NCBI RefSeq assembly: GCF_006345805.1
Contig: NC_043007.1
Span: 49,476,001-49,540,000, forward strand
Length of the DNA stretch: 64,000 nt
Source: Octopus sinensis
Taxonomy: Eukaryota
Direction of reading: 5' to 3'
Below the pieces are notes generated by a model. That model worked only from the letters and a program-made list of their open reading frames with translations. It did no database searches and had not been told where the DNA came from. Numbering within the stretch: the first letter of the stretch is position 1; each line of letters starts with the position of its first letter. Positions 41,090 to 55,239 of this stretch are shown piece after piece. The position numbers and the translations under genes were made by a program.

Positions 41090-41138
<49 letters not shown>

Positions 41139-41235
41139 TTGCTTTTACCTCACCGTGAATTCAATGTTATACTACCTAACCTGTCCTAGCGCCCTAGATT
41201 CTGATAAATCCTGTCTATCAATCTTCCTCTACCTT

Positions 41236-41309
<74 letters not shown>

Positions 41310-41775
41310 ATCTATCTATCTACCCACCATATCAGATGGTCGGTAACTCTTCTGGGTTCATCTACCCTTTGATAAGGTTTTTTTATCCTATGGAATAGGA
41401 TTAAAAAACAAACCAAGTAGGCTTAATGGGTTTGTCAGTTTACCCGACAATGCAACAAGTTGTACTGGGTTACCAGTGGCGATCTTAAATGAGTTGACAC
41501 AAATAAAATATTCCTTGTCAGTCTGGTAGGTCATCTTTTGTATTGCTTTTTCAGGCGAAGGTCATTGATACAATAAGAAAGCTATTTCGAACAAGAATGA
41601 TCTTGTCTTTAGAAAATTAAAAAGAAAACCAAAAGACGAAACAAACTATACATTTTTCATACAAATATTTATTTACCTACACTCATATAAATATTAACAT
41701 ATATTCTTGACAAATTCTTTCATATTATGCGCTTAGTCGCAGAAATTCACACACACACACACTCACGTACGCACG

Positions 41776-41824
<49 letters not shown>

Positions 41825-42389
41825 TTATATTTAAATAAAAATAGATGCAATGAAATAAATAGAACAAGAATAGGAATAACGAGAATAATGTTTGAGTTAT
41901 TTTTTCAATAAAAAAGAACAAGCTAAACAGTTCAAATGAAATGCATAAACTGGGAGAGACGGTTAGTAAACTTGTACTACGCGAAGAGTTACCCTAATTT
42001 TTACATATTTTCTACTGAAAGTCACTAATACACACCATAAAAAGACACCACCGTCTTATAGAAGGTAATGTAGATAGAGCATTGAATATAAAAATATGAC
42101 GGTTGGTCCCGTCGATTTCGAGTGTTTGGGGAAGGGGATTTAAGAAAACAAGAAAAAACAAAGATAAAAGTTATAAAATAAAAGAAGTTGCTTCTATCAG
42201 CAATGAATACGTGAAAGCAATTTGAGTCTAGGTATGGATTTTGCTATGAAGCCAGAATGAGGAAACTGATGGTATTGATTTTGCCTGGGACTGGATAAAT
42301 GTGTCTGTTGATGGCAGGGTATAATTCTTTTATTGTTCTGTTTCTTCAGCCCAAATTGATTTGATGCATCATGATACATTTTATCCCAT

Positions 42390-44060
42390 TCCTAAGATGT
42401 TCAATTAACCTGTCGGGATTTTAGCGATTGTTTCAACTTATGGGTCTTCCTTCATGCGGTACCCCTCTATTTGTAGGCTATACAAAAGAATTTTCGGAAT
42501 GCAGTCGTCTTTCGAACGTGTCCTACCCGTCTGCATGCTTTTGATACAAGAAATGTCTTATTTTTCTGAGATTTTGACATTTGACATCTTGACATTTTAT
42601 TTTGCAGATATTGCGCAGAGAGCACATGTAAAAGGTTTCAAGTTTCTTTATATATCTTTAGTGGGGAGCCCATGCTTCTTCCCCATACAAAAATGTGCTA
42701 ATGATACAAGATATGTATACACTTATTTTAGTTTTCCGAAAGAAATCATGTTCATCCCACAAACAATGTGAAAGTTTCCCCAAAACACTTGTAGCCTTAG
42801 ATAACCTAATATTGATTTTGTCCATAACACTCCTTAAAGATTTCTGTACTTACAGAACATTTAAATGACCTGACCTATGTGAGTGGCTTATTGTCAATCA
42901 TCACATTTGAATCTTGAGCATGTTATGTCTCAGGCTTTGTTTGGAAAAAATTTCAGTCTTTTTGATGATGATAGTCAGTCTAAATGCACGAGTTGCTGCA
43001 AAAAACCTGTCGACTGTTTCCTAAATTCTCTCAAATGTATGAGAAATCAAAGTGCAATCGTCAGAAAATAGAAAATCACTTAAAATCTCTTCCTTGGTTA
43101 GTTTCTTTGATCTGAAACTTTGTTCTTTTTTGGTTTAGTACACCTGTGCGCAACTGACATTTTACACCTTCATAGTAACCTCTAAAAACATGTTGGTCCA
43201 ACATCGAAAAGAATGTGGAAAAAAGTGCAGGGGATAAAACACAACCCAGTGGCAACAGAGAATGCCTCTGAACATTGAATGCTAGATATCACTGTTGCCA
43301 TCATTCTTTAGTGCAAAGATACTGTTACCCGTATCATCTTATCAGGAAGATCAACTTTTGACAAATGTTTTCATAGTACCCCGTGATTCATTGTATCAAA
43401 GGCCTTGGTCAAGTCGACAAAGACTATGTATAAGTCAGTATTTTGCTCACGTGTTTTCTCTTCAACTTGCTGATGAGTAAAAATCATACCAACTGTACCT
43501 CTCCCAGCCCGAAATCCACATTGGGATTCTGGATATGTGCTGTTTACTACGTGTTTGTTGATGCGGTTATGGATCAGTCTCGCAAGAAGTTTTCCAGCTA
43601 TGCACAACGAACTTAACCCACTGTGATTATCATATACACTCTTCTTCCCTTTGAATTTGTTAAAGTGCGTTATAGAGGCATATTTGAACTTTTGGAGGAA
43701 CAGATCCAGCTTCCCAGATCAAATAGATCAATTTGCGCAGCTTTCTTACCAGTTATCTACCACCATGCTTGTACATCTCTATGGGAATACCGTCTTGTCC
43801 AGATTTACTACTGGAAAGGTTTTTAATAGCAGTACTTAGCTCATCCAAGGAAGGATCTTCTGCAAGTTCCTCACATTTAGGTCACTGAAGGGCATCATTA
43901 ATTACTTCAGGACCGGTAGTAGATTCTTGATTTAATACGTATTTAGAGTGTTCAGCTCATCTTTTCTTGAAGGTGTACTGGATCTCGGTGGCCTCTTGTA
44001 TATGGTTTAACAAATACCTTACTGCGAACCATTCTGTAATCTGAGTAACATTCGGGAGTT
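42390..44060 (-). mobile_element. RTE-clade LINE, degraded
   Basis: IAGKLLARL, PESQCGFRAGRGT, FVDLTKAFDT. Confidence 0.85.
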
Positions 44061-44065
44061 TTATG

Positions 44066-44109
<44 letters not shown>

Positions 44110-45324
44110 GTATCGATATATAGACAAAAATATCTATACCTGTGTAATTGTATGCATTATATGTGTTACATCTACTATTACATCTCACAAAGACCCAAAC
44201 TGTACTTCACTTATATAAAATTATTATCCCCAACTAATTGTTCTTTATAAAATTGTACATTTATCAAAACTCTGACATATCCACTGCAAAAGCTGAATAA
44301 ATTATAATCTGATTTAAAAATGGAATGACAGCGGTCAGTGAATAAACGAAAACAGACACCACGTAAACAAGAAACATTAAATGGTGAGGAAAGGGCTCAA
44401 CAGGCTTTTAAAATCGGAATGAAGCAATATTAAATGTGTTAGATATGTGTGTCTGTTGAGTGCGCAGGTGTATCTGTGACTGTACGAACACGCACATACA
44501 CACTTACACAGAAGCACGTACATACACATCGTGGTGCGGACTCACACTCGCGCGCGCGAGCGCGCACACACACACACACACACACACATGCAACTCACAA
44601 ATAGAATACGCTAATTGAAAGAAGGAAAAATCGTGCTGGTATGTATGAAAAGAATTTATGCATTGTAAGGGAAATAACTCTGAAAACATTTGCATTCCTT
44701 GGCAAGCATAATATGTCTATAGATTGGCATTTCTGTGTTTGTGTGTAAATAATCTGCCCTCTAAACTCCAGCCAACAGCACCATATTCACGCACATACAC
44801 ACTCACATTGAAATATAATATATACATATATACTAACATGTATATACACATCTGTGTATCTATGTGTGTGTGTATCTGTGTGTGTGTGTCGCTCCCGTAA
44901 CTGCTTTCCAATGAAAAATTTTGCATTAGGGTTCTAAGAGTTAGTTCCCTTGTGTAGCAGTTTCCCATACGTTATTATTTTGTGCCTTGCACTTTCTGTA
45001 TCTCTTTCTTTCTGACTGTAAACATACTCATATACACACATACATATGCATATATTCGTGTATGTATGTAAATTTTGGTCTAACGATTCGTTAAGAATCG
45101 AGGTACAGCAACGTGTGAGACGCTGCCAATTGGCGAGATAGAATCACTCAGAGCAAACAATGCAATAATCCATTATCGTAGACATCAATTGTACGACTGG
45201 ATACTGTTGATAGTTGGTTCTCAGTTCCAGTTACTTACCAATGATCCAATTCCTTGGTGCGACATTAGAATAACAAATAACGGAAAGTGTTTAAATTCGC
45301 AACAATTGTTTGGGAAAAAAATTG

Positions 45325-45530
45325 TGTGGTAAGAAGCTTACTTCTGGGTTAAGTGCGACTGCATGGCACCTAGGACAAGTGTCTTCTACTGTAGTCCCAA
45401 GCCAACCACAGCCTTAGCGGTTCGGAACAAGACATCGATATAATATAAGTTCTGAGTTCCATTTATTCGACTAAAATTTCAAGGCAGTGCCTCAGCATGT
45501 CCGCGTTGTAATGAATAAAATAAGTAAAAT
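45325..45530 (+). mobile_element. SINE family A, degenerate and internally deleted
   Basis: gtgtggtaagaagctt..caagtgtcttctactgtag..ttagcggttcgg. Confidence 0.65.
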
Positions 45531-45531
45531 A

Positions 45532-45629
<98 letters not shown>

Positions 45630-45820
45630 AAGGATATTATTATTTACAATAATATCAAGTGGTATAGCATGCGTAAGTAATTTTGAAATTCTGCTCTTTC
45701 CCCCGACTTCTATTAATGTGTTTCATTGTATGTTTGTGGTTGTAGTCGTCTAGTCGTCTTGTGGGTTCTGCTTTTGGAGTGCTGGCGCCACTTGTAGCAC
45801 CCGTGATGATGATGATGATG

Positions 45821-45882
<62 letters not shown>

Positions 45883-46815
45883 GTATACTATTTCGTCCGC
45901 TGATCATTTCCCCAACTACAAGACAGCTATTATGCTCCCCACCACAAAAGAACAATACGCGGACTCTGTTGAGACTAGTAAGAAACAATTATGAACTTTT
46001 TTATAACAATTAACTTTTTAAAATATTTTTGATAAGGTTCGATTTTTCAAGAAGAACCGAAGCATGTAAAATTTCTAAGAAAATGAAACTTCATCTTATA
46101 TAGTGGCGTTTTCAAACTTCTTTTTTATAAATATATATATGAATAAATATATATACAACTTTACATAAAAAAATATATATACATAAATAAATATATAAAT
46201 ATATATATATAATATAAATAATATATAAATATATGCATATATACATACATATATGTACATACCTACATATATATGTATATATACATGCATATATGGGTAC
46301 AGGACATCAAAAACACGTAGACAAAATGAGAAACGAGAACATAAAAAACAAAAACATAGAAAACGAACTTCTTTTCGAACAGGGAAAGAAAGAAACAAAC
46401 AGAGAAACGAGACAGGCAACACAAAGAAATTTCTTCCATCAGTTGTCCCCTGTTTTATCTACTCCGCGTTTCGTAGGTCGGGACAAGACGTGACTTCGTT
46501 AAAACAGTCCTTCCCGCAAAGCATATTAAATAAAATTTGAGTTTCCTGCAGAGGGCGAAAGTGGTAACAAAAACAGGACAGTAAGAACAAAACAGTGAAA
46601 ACAAAAGGCGAGGGCTGTTAAGCGAAGACGATATATATATATACACGCACACAAATAAAGGTTACAAACTTCATTTATAATAATATAAGAAAATAGAGAG
46701 GTAATTAATAAATTATTATTTGTTAATCAAAAATTTTTAATTAAGTAATAAATTATTAATTATCTCTGTTTTCTTATCATATATGTGTGTGTGTGTGAGA
46801 GAGAGAGGGGGGAAG

Positions 46816-46867
<52 letters not shown>

Positions 46868-46995
46868 TTCATCCTTTACTTTGCGGGGTTGCAAAGTTCA
46901 ATTTTTAATAAAAGTTCTTCATATTAAATTGGTAGCTTACTATTGAAAGTATTTTTCGAATATGAAAATGTTAGTATGTTGTGAGCATTTATAGA

Positions 46996-47432
<437 letters not shown>

Positions 47433-47495
47433 TTATGTATGTATGTGTGTGTGTGTGAAAGAAGGTTTGAAAATGCAATTTTAAAAGATGTTTAT

Positions 47496-47540
47496 TTACT
47501 TTACCGGTTTCACTTTTTAGAAATAGATTGTCAAAAGTAA
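47496..47540 (-). ncRNA. Hammerhead with U3-A8 core
   Basis: ttactt-TTGACAA-tctatttctaaaaagt-GAAA-ccgg-TA-aagtaa; 6-bp stem I, weak stem II. Confidence 0.6.
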
Positions 47541-47681
47541 CATGTAAAAGTTTGGTTGTGTTAATTATTGGTTGTCACAAAATGCTACAATACATATATA
47601 CATTCTTTGGTAACAAGAACATGTTTAGAACATAAAAAATTTAACAAGTTCATTAAAATATTGGGTACAAAAGATTACAAC

Positions 47682-50215
47682 ATAAACTTAGATAAACTTA
47701 GATATGTTTCGACCAAAGATTGGTCCAGGCCATGTCTAACTTAATAGCACCACCTGATAGGATTATTCGAATCCTGTTTAAGTCAAGTTTTGTTTAAGTC
47801 AAGTTTTGTTCAAGTAGTGAGTTCTTGTTGGGTGAGTTGTATCCAGTTTTGTTCAAGTAGTGAGTTCTTGTTGGGTGGGTTGTATCCAATTATGGGTGGC
47901 TTATCTGGTATTCTTTGAAGGAATCTATCCAGACTCTGTTTAAAGTTGATGGGATCCTTTTCCTCTTTGATCTCCCTCGGGACAATGTTAAATAGGGCAG
48001 GGCCTGTTGAGGAAAAGAAATTATGTTGCAGTGTACATGTATGTTGTGATCTTGAATTGGGCAGGGGACGTATAGCCCGTGGTCCAAGTCTTGGATGAAC
48101 CTTGAAGCTAATGTTTAGGTCGTTTGGGCAAAGTTGGCGGTATATTTTCCATATCGTACAAATGATGTACCGCTCACGGCGACGCTGGAGGGAGTAAAGT
48201 TTCAAGGCTTTAAGGCGATCCCAATAATCGAGAGCAGCCATGCCTTCAATTCGTTTAGTGAGAGCCCTCTGGGGTGACTCAATTCTGGAGATGTTTTGTC
48301 TTGTGTGAGGAGACCACAGTGGGCAACAGTATTCAAGGTGTGGCCGTACAAAGGAGGAAAAAAGTGGTATGATGACACCTTGTTCTCTGGACCGGAAAGT
48401 TCTTAAGATTAAGGAACTCATCCTACGAGCTATATCGACCTTCTTGTTGATGTGTGCACTCCAACTGAGATCGTCATCAACAATTACACCCAGGTCTCTG
48501 ATATTGTTAGAGGCTGTGAGCGGTTCCCCTGAAGGAAGAGAGTATGGTTGTTTTAGTGAGGAATTTCTTCCAAAATGCATCAGCTCAAATTTTCCCTCAT
48601 TCAGTTGCATTTTGTTTCTGTCTGCCCATTGACTCACAGCATATAGATCAGACTGGAGTTGAGTTCGGTCTGCTTCTTCATTGACGATTTGCTGGAGCTT
48701 AGTGTCATCAGCTAATATTTTCACTTTGCAGTAATGTACGACACTGGAAAGGTCGTTTACGTAAATTATGAAGAGTAGCGGACCCAAAACAGTTCCCTGG
48801 GGAACACCGCTGGTGACTTTTGCTGGGTTTGAGTGGACTCCATCAACTACAACTACAACATGTCGTGTTCTATTCGCCAGGAAATACTTAATCCAGTGTA
48901 GAACTTTTCCACGGATACCAACATTTGCCAATTTTGAGAGTAGGATGTTATGGTCTACCCTGTCGAACGCTTTACTGAAGTCAAGATATATGACGTCAGA
49001 GTTCGAACCTGTTCCCAAGGCTTTGAGTACATCTTCAATGTGGTGTAAGAGTTGTGTTAGACAGTCCTGCCACAGCGAAAGCCATGCTGATTTGAATTTA
49101 GGAGTTTGTGGGTCTCCAGGAAGTCAGCTATCCTTGATCTTAATACTCTTTCAAACACTTTAATGATGTGGGAGGTGAGTGAGATTGGGCGATAGTTGAC
49201 TGCGAGGGATCTGTTTCCCTGTTTGAAAACCAGAATGACCGACTGGGATAGAAACTGTTTCGGTATATAACCTGCGTCTAACGAATTTCTCCAGTGGTTG
49301 GTCAGAGGGACTGCAAGTTGATATCTACATTCCTTCAGGAGACTAGCGGGAAATCTATCAGGGCCCACAGCAGAGTAATGTTTGACCTCATTTATTGCTG
49401 CTACGATGTCGGTGGCAGTGAAGGTTATGTCTGAGATTTTGTGTTGGGAGTCAACTTCGTTCGTTTCCCTTACGTCAATATCAGTGGGAACACTAAAGAC
49501 AGAGCAGTATTGTTTCTGCAGTATTTCTGCCATTTCTTTAGCATCGTGTTGGGGAATGCCGTTATCATCAATCAATGGCCCAATGGGTGAGACAGTGGTT
49601 TTATGCTTATTTGCATAAGAATAGAACACTTTTGGGTTCTGTTTGATGTTTTTGATTACCCATTGTTCCTCCACAGCTCTTTGATTTTCAATGGAGGTTT
49701 TCATGTTAGCCTGCAGATGAAGTTTTTCCAGCTCTAGTCTTTTCACTGTTGTTGAATGTGGATGTTGTGTGTGGGAATATTTTAATTGGTTGATTTTTTG
49801 TTGAGTCTTTTGATGCACCTGATGAGTGTTTTTTTTCTTTTTAGGGAGCCGGTTTCTGTTTGTGTTAGTAGATTTCTTGGGAGCGTGTTTAGAGCATGTA
49901 TAGGTGACAATGTTTTCAAAGTGCTGCCACGCGGTCTCAATATGAGAGGAATTGAGAGTAAAAGACCAGTCGATGGAAGACAGATCCTTTCTGATTGTTC
50001 CTCAGTCCGATTTGTGGAAGTTTATGTTGTCAAATGGGTGCCATGGAGTGGGATTGGCTGGTTTGGTTTTTATATGTCGGGAATTAAGATTGCAGAGTAC
50101 CATGTCGTGGTCTGAGAGGAGAGTTTTTTCGACTGAAATGCTGTGAACGTAGCTAGAGTGATTGGTCAATACCAGATCCAAGATCGTTTTATTCTGTCTC
50201 GTTGGTATATATACA
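47682..50215 (-). mobile_element. CR1-group LINE, 5'-truncated, RT nearly intact
   Basis: ORFs 49057-49818 and 47810-49018: NYRPISLTS, QHGFR, YLDFSKAFDRV, GVPQGTVLGP, LADDTKL, VRPHLEYC. 3' stem-loop and duplicated 10-mer tail. Confidence 0.9.
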
Positions 50216-50809
50216 TTCTCAAGAAAATGTTAAAGATAGTTTCCAGAAGGAATTATTAAAAAGTTCAGTGGAATATTAGTATTGTATCTGTATATACATA
50301 CACGCACAGAATATTATGAGTACAAAAAAGTTTACATTATAGTAGTTGGGAAGCTCAAACTGATCTGGTCCACGATGTTATCGAAAAGGACTATTTTCTA
50401 TTTCATGGGACACTGTAGGTGTGTTTGGGTGGGGGGAAGGAAGAGTAATGTGGAACTGAAAATAATTTCTTTTTGTCTCTCCTTCAAGCATCAATGATTT
50501 GGGGGATTGGTCTTTAGAGGTTAGAATAGTGCGAGTGTGTGAGTCTTTATGTGTGTGTATATACATATGTGGTGTGAATAGATGTGTCTGTGTGTGTTTG
50601 TAAAATTTGTTAGGATGGTGGGTGTATATGTGTGCCCGTTTGTCAACCGTGTGTGTGATTGTGTTGGTGTTGTGTGTGGTGTGTGTGTGTATGTATGTAC
50701 GTGATTGGTATTTGTCATGGTGCTGTGTGTGTGCATGTGTGTGTATATGTGTGTCTGTATGGAGGTCAGAATATACATATCTATATATTTATATGTATAT
50801 ATGTATATA

Positions 50810-50870
<61 letters not shown>

Positions 50871-50872
<2 letters not shown>

Positions 50873-51972
50873 CAAAATTAGAGAATGGAGAAACATGCTT
50901 AAATCAATAAAACATCAACTATCCGATGATACCCAATCAATAATTTAATACACCATTACATATGAGTAAAGGCATTCAAAATATACAGTAATAGTAAAAG
51001 TAAAAAGACAAAGAGATATAAGTAAAAAGTTTCAAATATAGTTATTTCGATCTTGAAAGGATGGACTTGGTGCAAACATAACTGTATCTATTATTATTAT
51101 TATTATTATTTATTATTATTATTATTATTATTATATTATTATTATTATTATTATTATTAATATTAATAGTAATTTTTATTAAGTTTTATAGCTTTAGAAT
51201 TTTATGAACTGAACCATGGTTTTAATTATTATTTTTCATCTCCCTATGTGTTAGTTTTTTTAAAAAAACTATTAGCCAAATATGTATAATATCGGTGCTT
51301 ATTAATATTAATATATACACTGATATATATTTTGTTTTATTTTGTTCTGTTTACCTTCCATTATTGTACCAATGAGTATTATATTATATAAGTGTAGCAT
51401 TATGATGTATAAATTTTTATAGTTTACATTTTTATATTTTTATATTTATATGTATATGGTTATATAATATTTTTCACAATTATAACAAATTTAATTTAAT
51501 TCTCTGAAGAGGCCGTGGGGCATCCTTGTTAATGCCTCATTTATACCTGCCTTTATGGCTTATAGGTTAAATGAGGTATGACTGCCCTCACTGCCGAAAC
51601 AGCTGTCAGTTTTGATTTAATTACATATTATATTTGAAATTTTTTACTTATATCTCTTTGTCTTTTTACTTTTACTATTACTGTATATTTTGAATGCCTT
51701 TACTCATATGTAATGGTGTATTAAAGTATTGATTGGGTATCATCGGATAGTTGATGTTTTATTGATTTAAGCATGTTTCTCCATTCTCTAATTTTGTAGT
51801 ATTAATTTACGGTAATATTATTACCTTTACCCATATAATACAATAGATGAACTGATTGTTTGACAATTTTTAACATCTATGTATTAGTCTTGTTGGGTAC
51901 CTATCTGGCAGTATATTGGTTATATATTATCCCATGGTGGGTTGAATTCTCAACCCCTATCTCATTTTATAA

Positions 51973-51975
<3 letters not shown>
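50871..51975 (+). mobile_element. Non-coding PLE-type terminal-repeat unit with inverted 5' copy and HHR
   Basis: 50872-51040 is the reverse complement of ~51628-51797, with the HHR between them. Flanked by (TA)n. Confidence 0.7.
51498..51613 (+). ncRNA. Type-I hammerhead, intact core, ~85-nt stem II
   Basis: CTGAAGA-ggccgtggggca..atgcctcattta/taaatgaggtat..tgccctcactgcc-GAAA-cagctg-TC; stem I is weak. Confidence 0.8.
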
Positions 51976-52037
<62 letters not shown>

Positions 52038-52126
52038 GTATATATATATATACATGTATCAGGGTTATAAAAATTATAGAAATTATTACAACCAGTGGCC
52101 TAGTGTACAAAAAAAGTCAATTATTT

Positions 52127-52473
52127 ATACAGTGCACATTAAAACACATTAAGAGGCTTCCATTAGAGGAATCCACTACGCTAGAAAGAACAGTTAAAAT
52201 CCAAACCACTAATTAGGGATAAATTCTCGAAGGGAATGAAAAATAAAAACATTTACCATCTAATTTAATTCCTGGACCATGGTTTCTGACTTATTTTAGT
52301 AAATAAAAATATATAAACATGGTCCATGAATTAAATTAGATGGTAAATGTTTTTTTATTTTTCATTCCCTTCGAGAATTTATCCCTAATTAGTGGTTTGG
52401 ACTTTAACTGTTCTTTCTGGCGTAATGGATTCCTATGATGGAACCTCTTAATGCGTTTTAATGTACACTGTAT
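52127..52473. repeat. ~155-bp inverted repeat with a truncated HHR at the turn
   Basis: Arms 52127-52282 and 52316-52473. Minus strand at ~52271-52300 reads ..agtca-GAAA-ccatgg-TC-cagga. Confidence 0.85.
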
Positions 52474-52480
52474 TTTCTTC

Positions 52481-52553
<73 letters not shown>

Positions 52554-52919
52554 CCAAAATTGGACAAAAACGCAGAACATCCGGTCAGCTAGGTGATACA
52601 AAAAGAGACAACAAAATATCCTGATAGACGGCCACGTGGGAAGAGAAGAGAGAGAATTAGAAGCAGAAGAACAGAAGAATTAAGGAGAGACGAGAAAAAA
52701 TGACAGAGACACAGTGAAGTGAAAAGTGGAGGGAAAGGGAGGAAGAAGAGAAGGCAAAGAAATATGGAACGAAAGAACAAAGAATGGAATGAACGAATAA
52801 GCGTGAAAAGGCTGATAGAAATAGAGCCGTACAAGATTTTGAAAAATGTGTACTTACATATAAGAGAACAAAGTGTATGTACGCCTCTCTCTCTCTCTCT
52901 GTATATATGTATATATAAA

Positions 52920-54790
52920 TTGAGACCTATAATAGCAGGTCCCACATACGAAACCCACCGCCTAAGTAACTTTTTAGATACCTTCTTAAAACCATTCTTC
53001 AAACATGTCAAAAGCTATATAAGGGACGACCTGGATATGCTCAATCACCTTCCTAAAATAATAAACAAAAACACCCTACTAGTATCCTTCGAAGTAGTCA
53101 ACCTCTATTCCAATATCCCCACAACCTAGGAATAGATGCAATTCAATTCTGGCTAGAGAATTACGCCAACGAACTCCCATGGTTGTGAGAGAAGGGCTAA
53201 AATTCATCCTGGAAAATAACTACTTCGTCTTCAAAGACAACTTCTTCCGACAAAAATCGGGGACTGCGATGGGTACGCGAATGGCTCCCTCCTTTGCTAA
53301 CCTAGTCATGGGATATCTAGAAATCAGTCTATATCTTAAGGTTCTAGAAAGATACGGCAACCCTTTCTCCCTCTACATAGAAAACAACTGGAAGATGACT
53401 GTTTCATTCTTTGGCATGAAAATATAGAGAAACTTAAAGAATTCCAAGCATTTTTAAATGGATTTGACGTAAACATCCAATTCTCGGTGGAATATAGCCA
53501 GCAACAACTCCCCTTCCTCGACATCCTCATTAAGAAATCTAATAACGTAATAGAAACAGATATATACTATAAGCCTACGGATTCCAAGCAATATCTTCCA
53601 TTCAATTCATGCCACCGCAGACACACCAGAATGAATATCCCCTTCAACCTAGCAAAAAGGATATGTACTATAGTTTCTAATGCAAATACCAGAGACACAC
53701 GACTACAAGAACTAAAAGATACCCTCATCACCAGGAACTACCCACCTTCACTTATAGACATATGCATTCAACGTGCCCTTCAACTCAACATCCAGAGACA
53801 CAAACATCCCAAATTAAAGAAAAATTTACAACCAAAAGCCTTACCATATATCTCCATGCACAACCCTCTCAACAACGAGGCCTTAGACACAATCCTCCAA
53901 AACATACCCCTGCTAAAAGAGGACCACAGAATGAACTTAATCCTCCAAACACACACCATCATAAAAAGCAAGAGACAGCCCAAATCTATGAAAAGTCTCC
54001 TAACACAAGCCCGAATACGCTCAACAACACAGAAGCCCTCAGTAAAAAAATGTGGAAGACCCAATTGTGGGGTATGCGATTATCTAATTGAGGGATCAGA
54101 GTTCTCCTTCAAACAGGGACAACGTTTCACAGTGAAAAGCAACTTCACATGTGCGTCAGAGAACCTGATATACACACTAACCTGCTCTGGGTGTCAAGGG
54201 CAATACATAGGCCAAACAAAAAATAGTCTACGTAAAAGAATGGCCCTGCACAGATCCCAGATAAAAATATTTGTATTTTGAAATTAGCTATTTCATCTTT
54301 AAATATGAAAAATAAATTTATTAGGTTTTTATTATATACAATTATTTATAGAGATTATTTTAGATCTTGATTATAATATTTATATATATATTTTCATTGA
54401 TAATTTATATATATTAGTCATTTTAAATATTTATGTAATTAGATATAGACTAATATTGATATTAGATTATGGGTTTCCTACCTTATAAATTAAAATTAAT
54501 ATTTAACATTATAGTCGATTTGGATATAATCATATTTGATAATAGAGTTTATTATAAGTAAAATTATTATATTATATATATTAATTATATCTTTAAAATA
54601 TTGATTTATTTTAGATATGTAAACCACCTGAAGAATGACTGTAACTCGAAAATTTTAAGAATTGAACAGCCGTGAAACGATCGTAGTGTTATATTAATTA
54701 TCTTTTTTAATATAATTTTGATATATATTTAAATAATATGAATTAATTAATCTTATGTATTGGCTTAAGTTTTTCATTGTATGCTTTGCC
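52920..54790 (+). mobile_element. Penelope-like element (RT + GIY-YIG), disrupted
   Basis: LRPIIAGP, VVNLYSNIP, QKSGTAMGTRMAPSFANL, LPFLDI, YYKPTDSKQYL, LIYTLTCSGCQGQYIGQT. Confidence 0.95.
54622..54690 (+). ncRNA. Type-I hammerhead downstream of the PLE ORF
   Basis: aaccac-CTGAAGA-atgactgt..acagccgt-GAAA-cgatcg-TA-gtgtt. Confidence 0.85.
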
Positions 54791-54811
54791 TAATAGTGGT
54801 TTTATCTCTAA

Positions 54812-54891
<80 letters not shown>

Positions 54892-55239
54892 CAAAATGGG
54901 ACAAGAACGTAAAACATCCGGACAGCTAGATGATACAAAAAGGGACAACAAAACATCCAGATAGACGATACAAAGAAAACAAGGACGGGTCATTCAAAGT
55001 TTTCTTTCTTCAGGCCTCGCACCAGATTGTCCTCGCAACTTCGGCTGATTATTCTTGAGATTGCTCCAATCTGGCCAACCCCAAGGAAAAACTAAGCTAA
55101 GAGCATTAGATTCCTTGGAAGAAAGTAGCGAATGTATACAAAAACAAGGATGGAAAAAATGGACAATGTTACACAAAAATACTATATAAAAATTATATAA
55201 TGGTCATATCATTAACTTTCTTGAATAACGATATGGATT

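Noticed and set aside
45885-45975. gtccgc/gcggac stem followed by GAAA on the minus strand
   Set aside because: No recognisable core strand or stem I; too weak to call.
52552-54968. ~75-bp direct repeats (52552-52630 and 54892-54968) as LTRs of the PLE
   Set aside because: The copies are diverged and each follows its own microsatellite; more likely independent insertions of a common short element.
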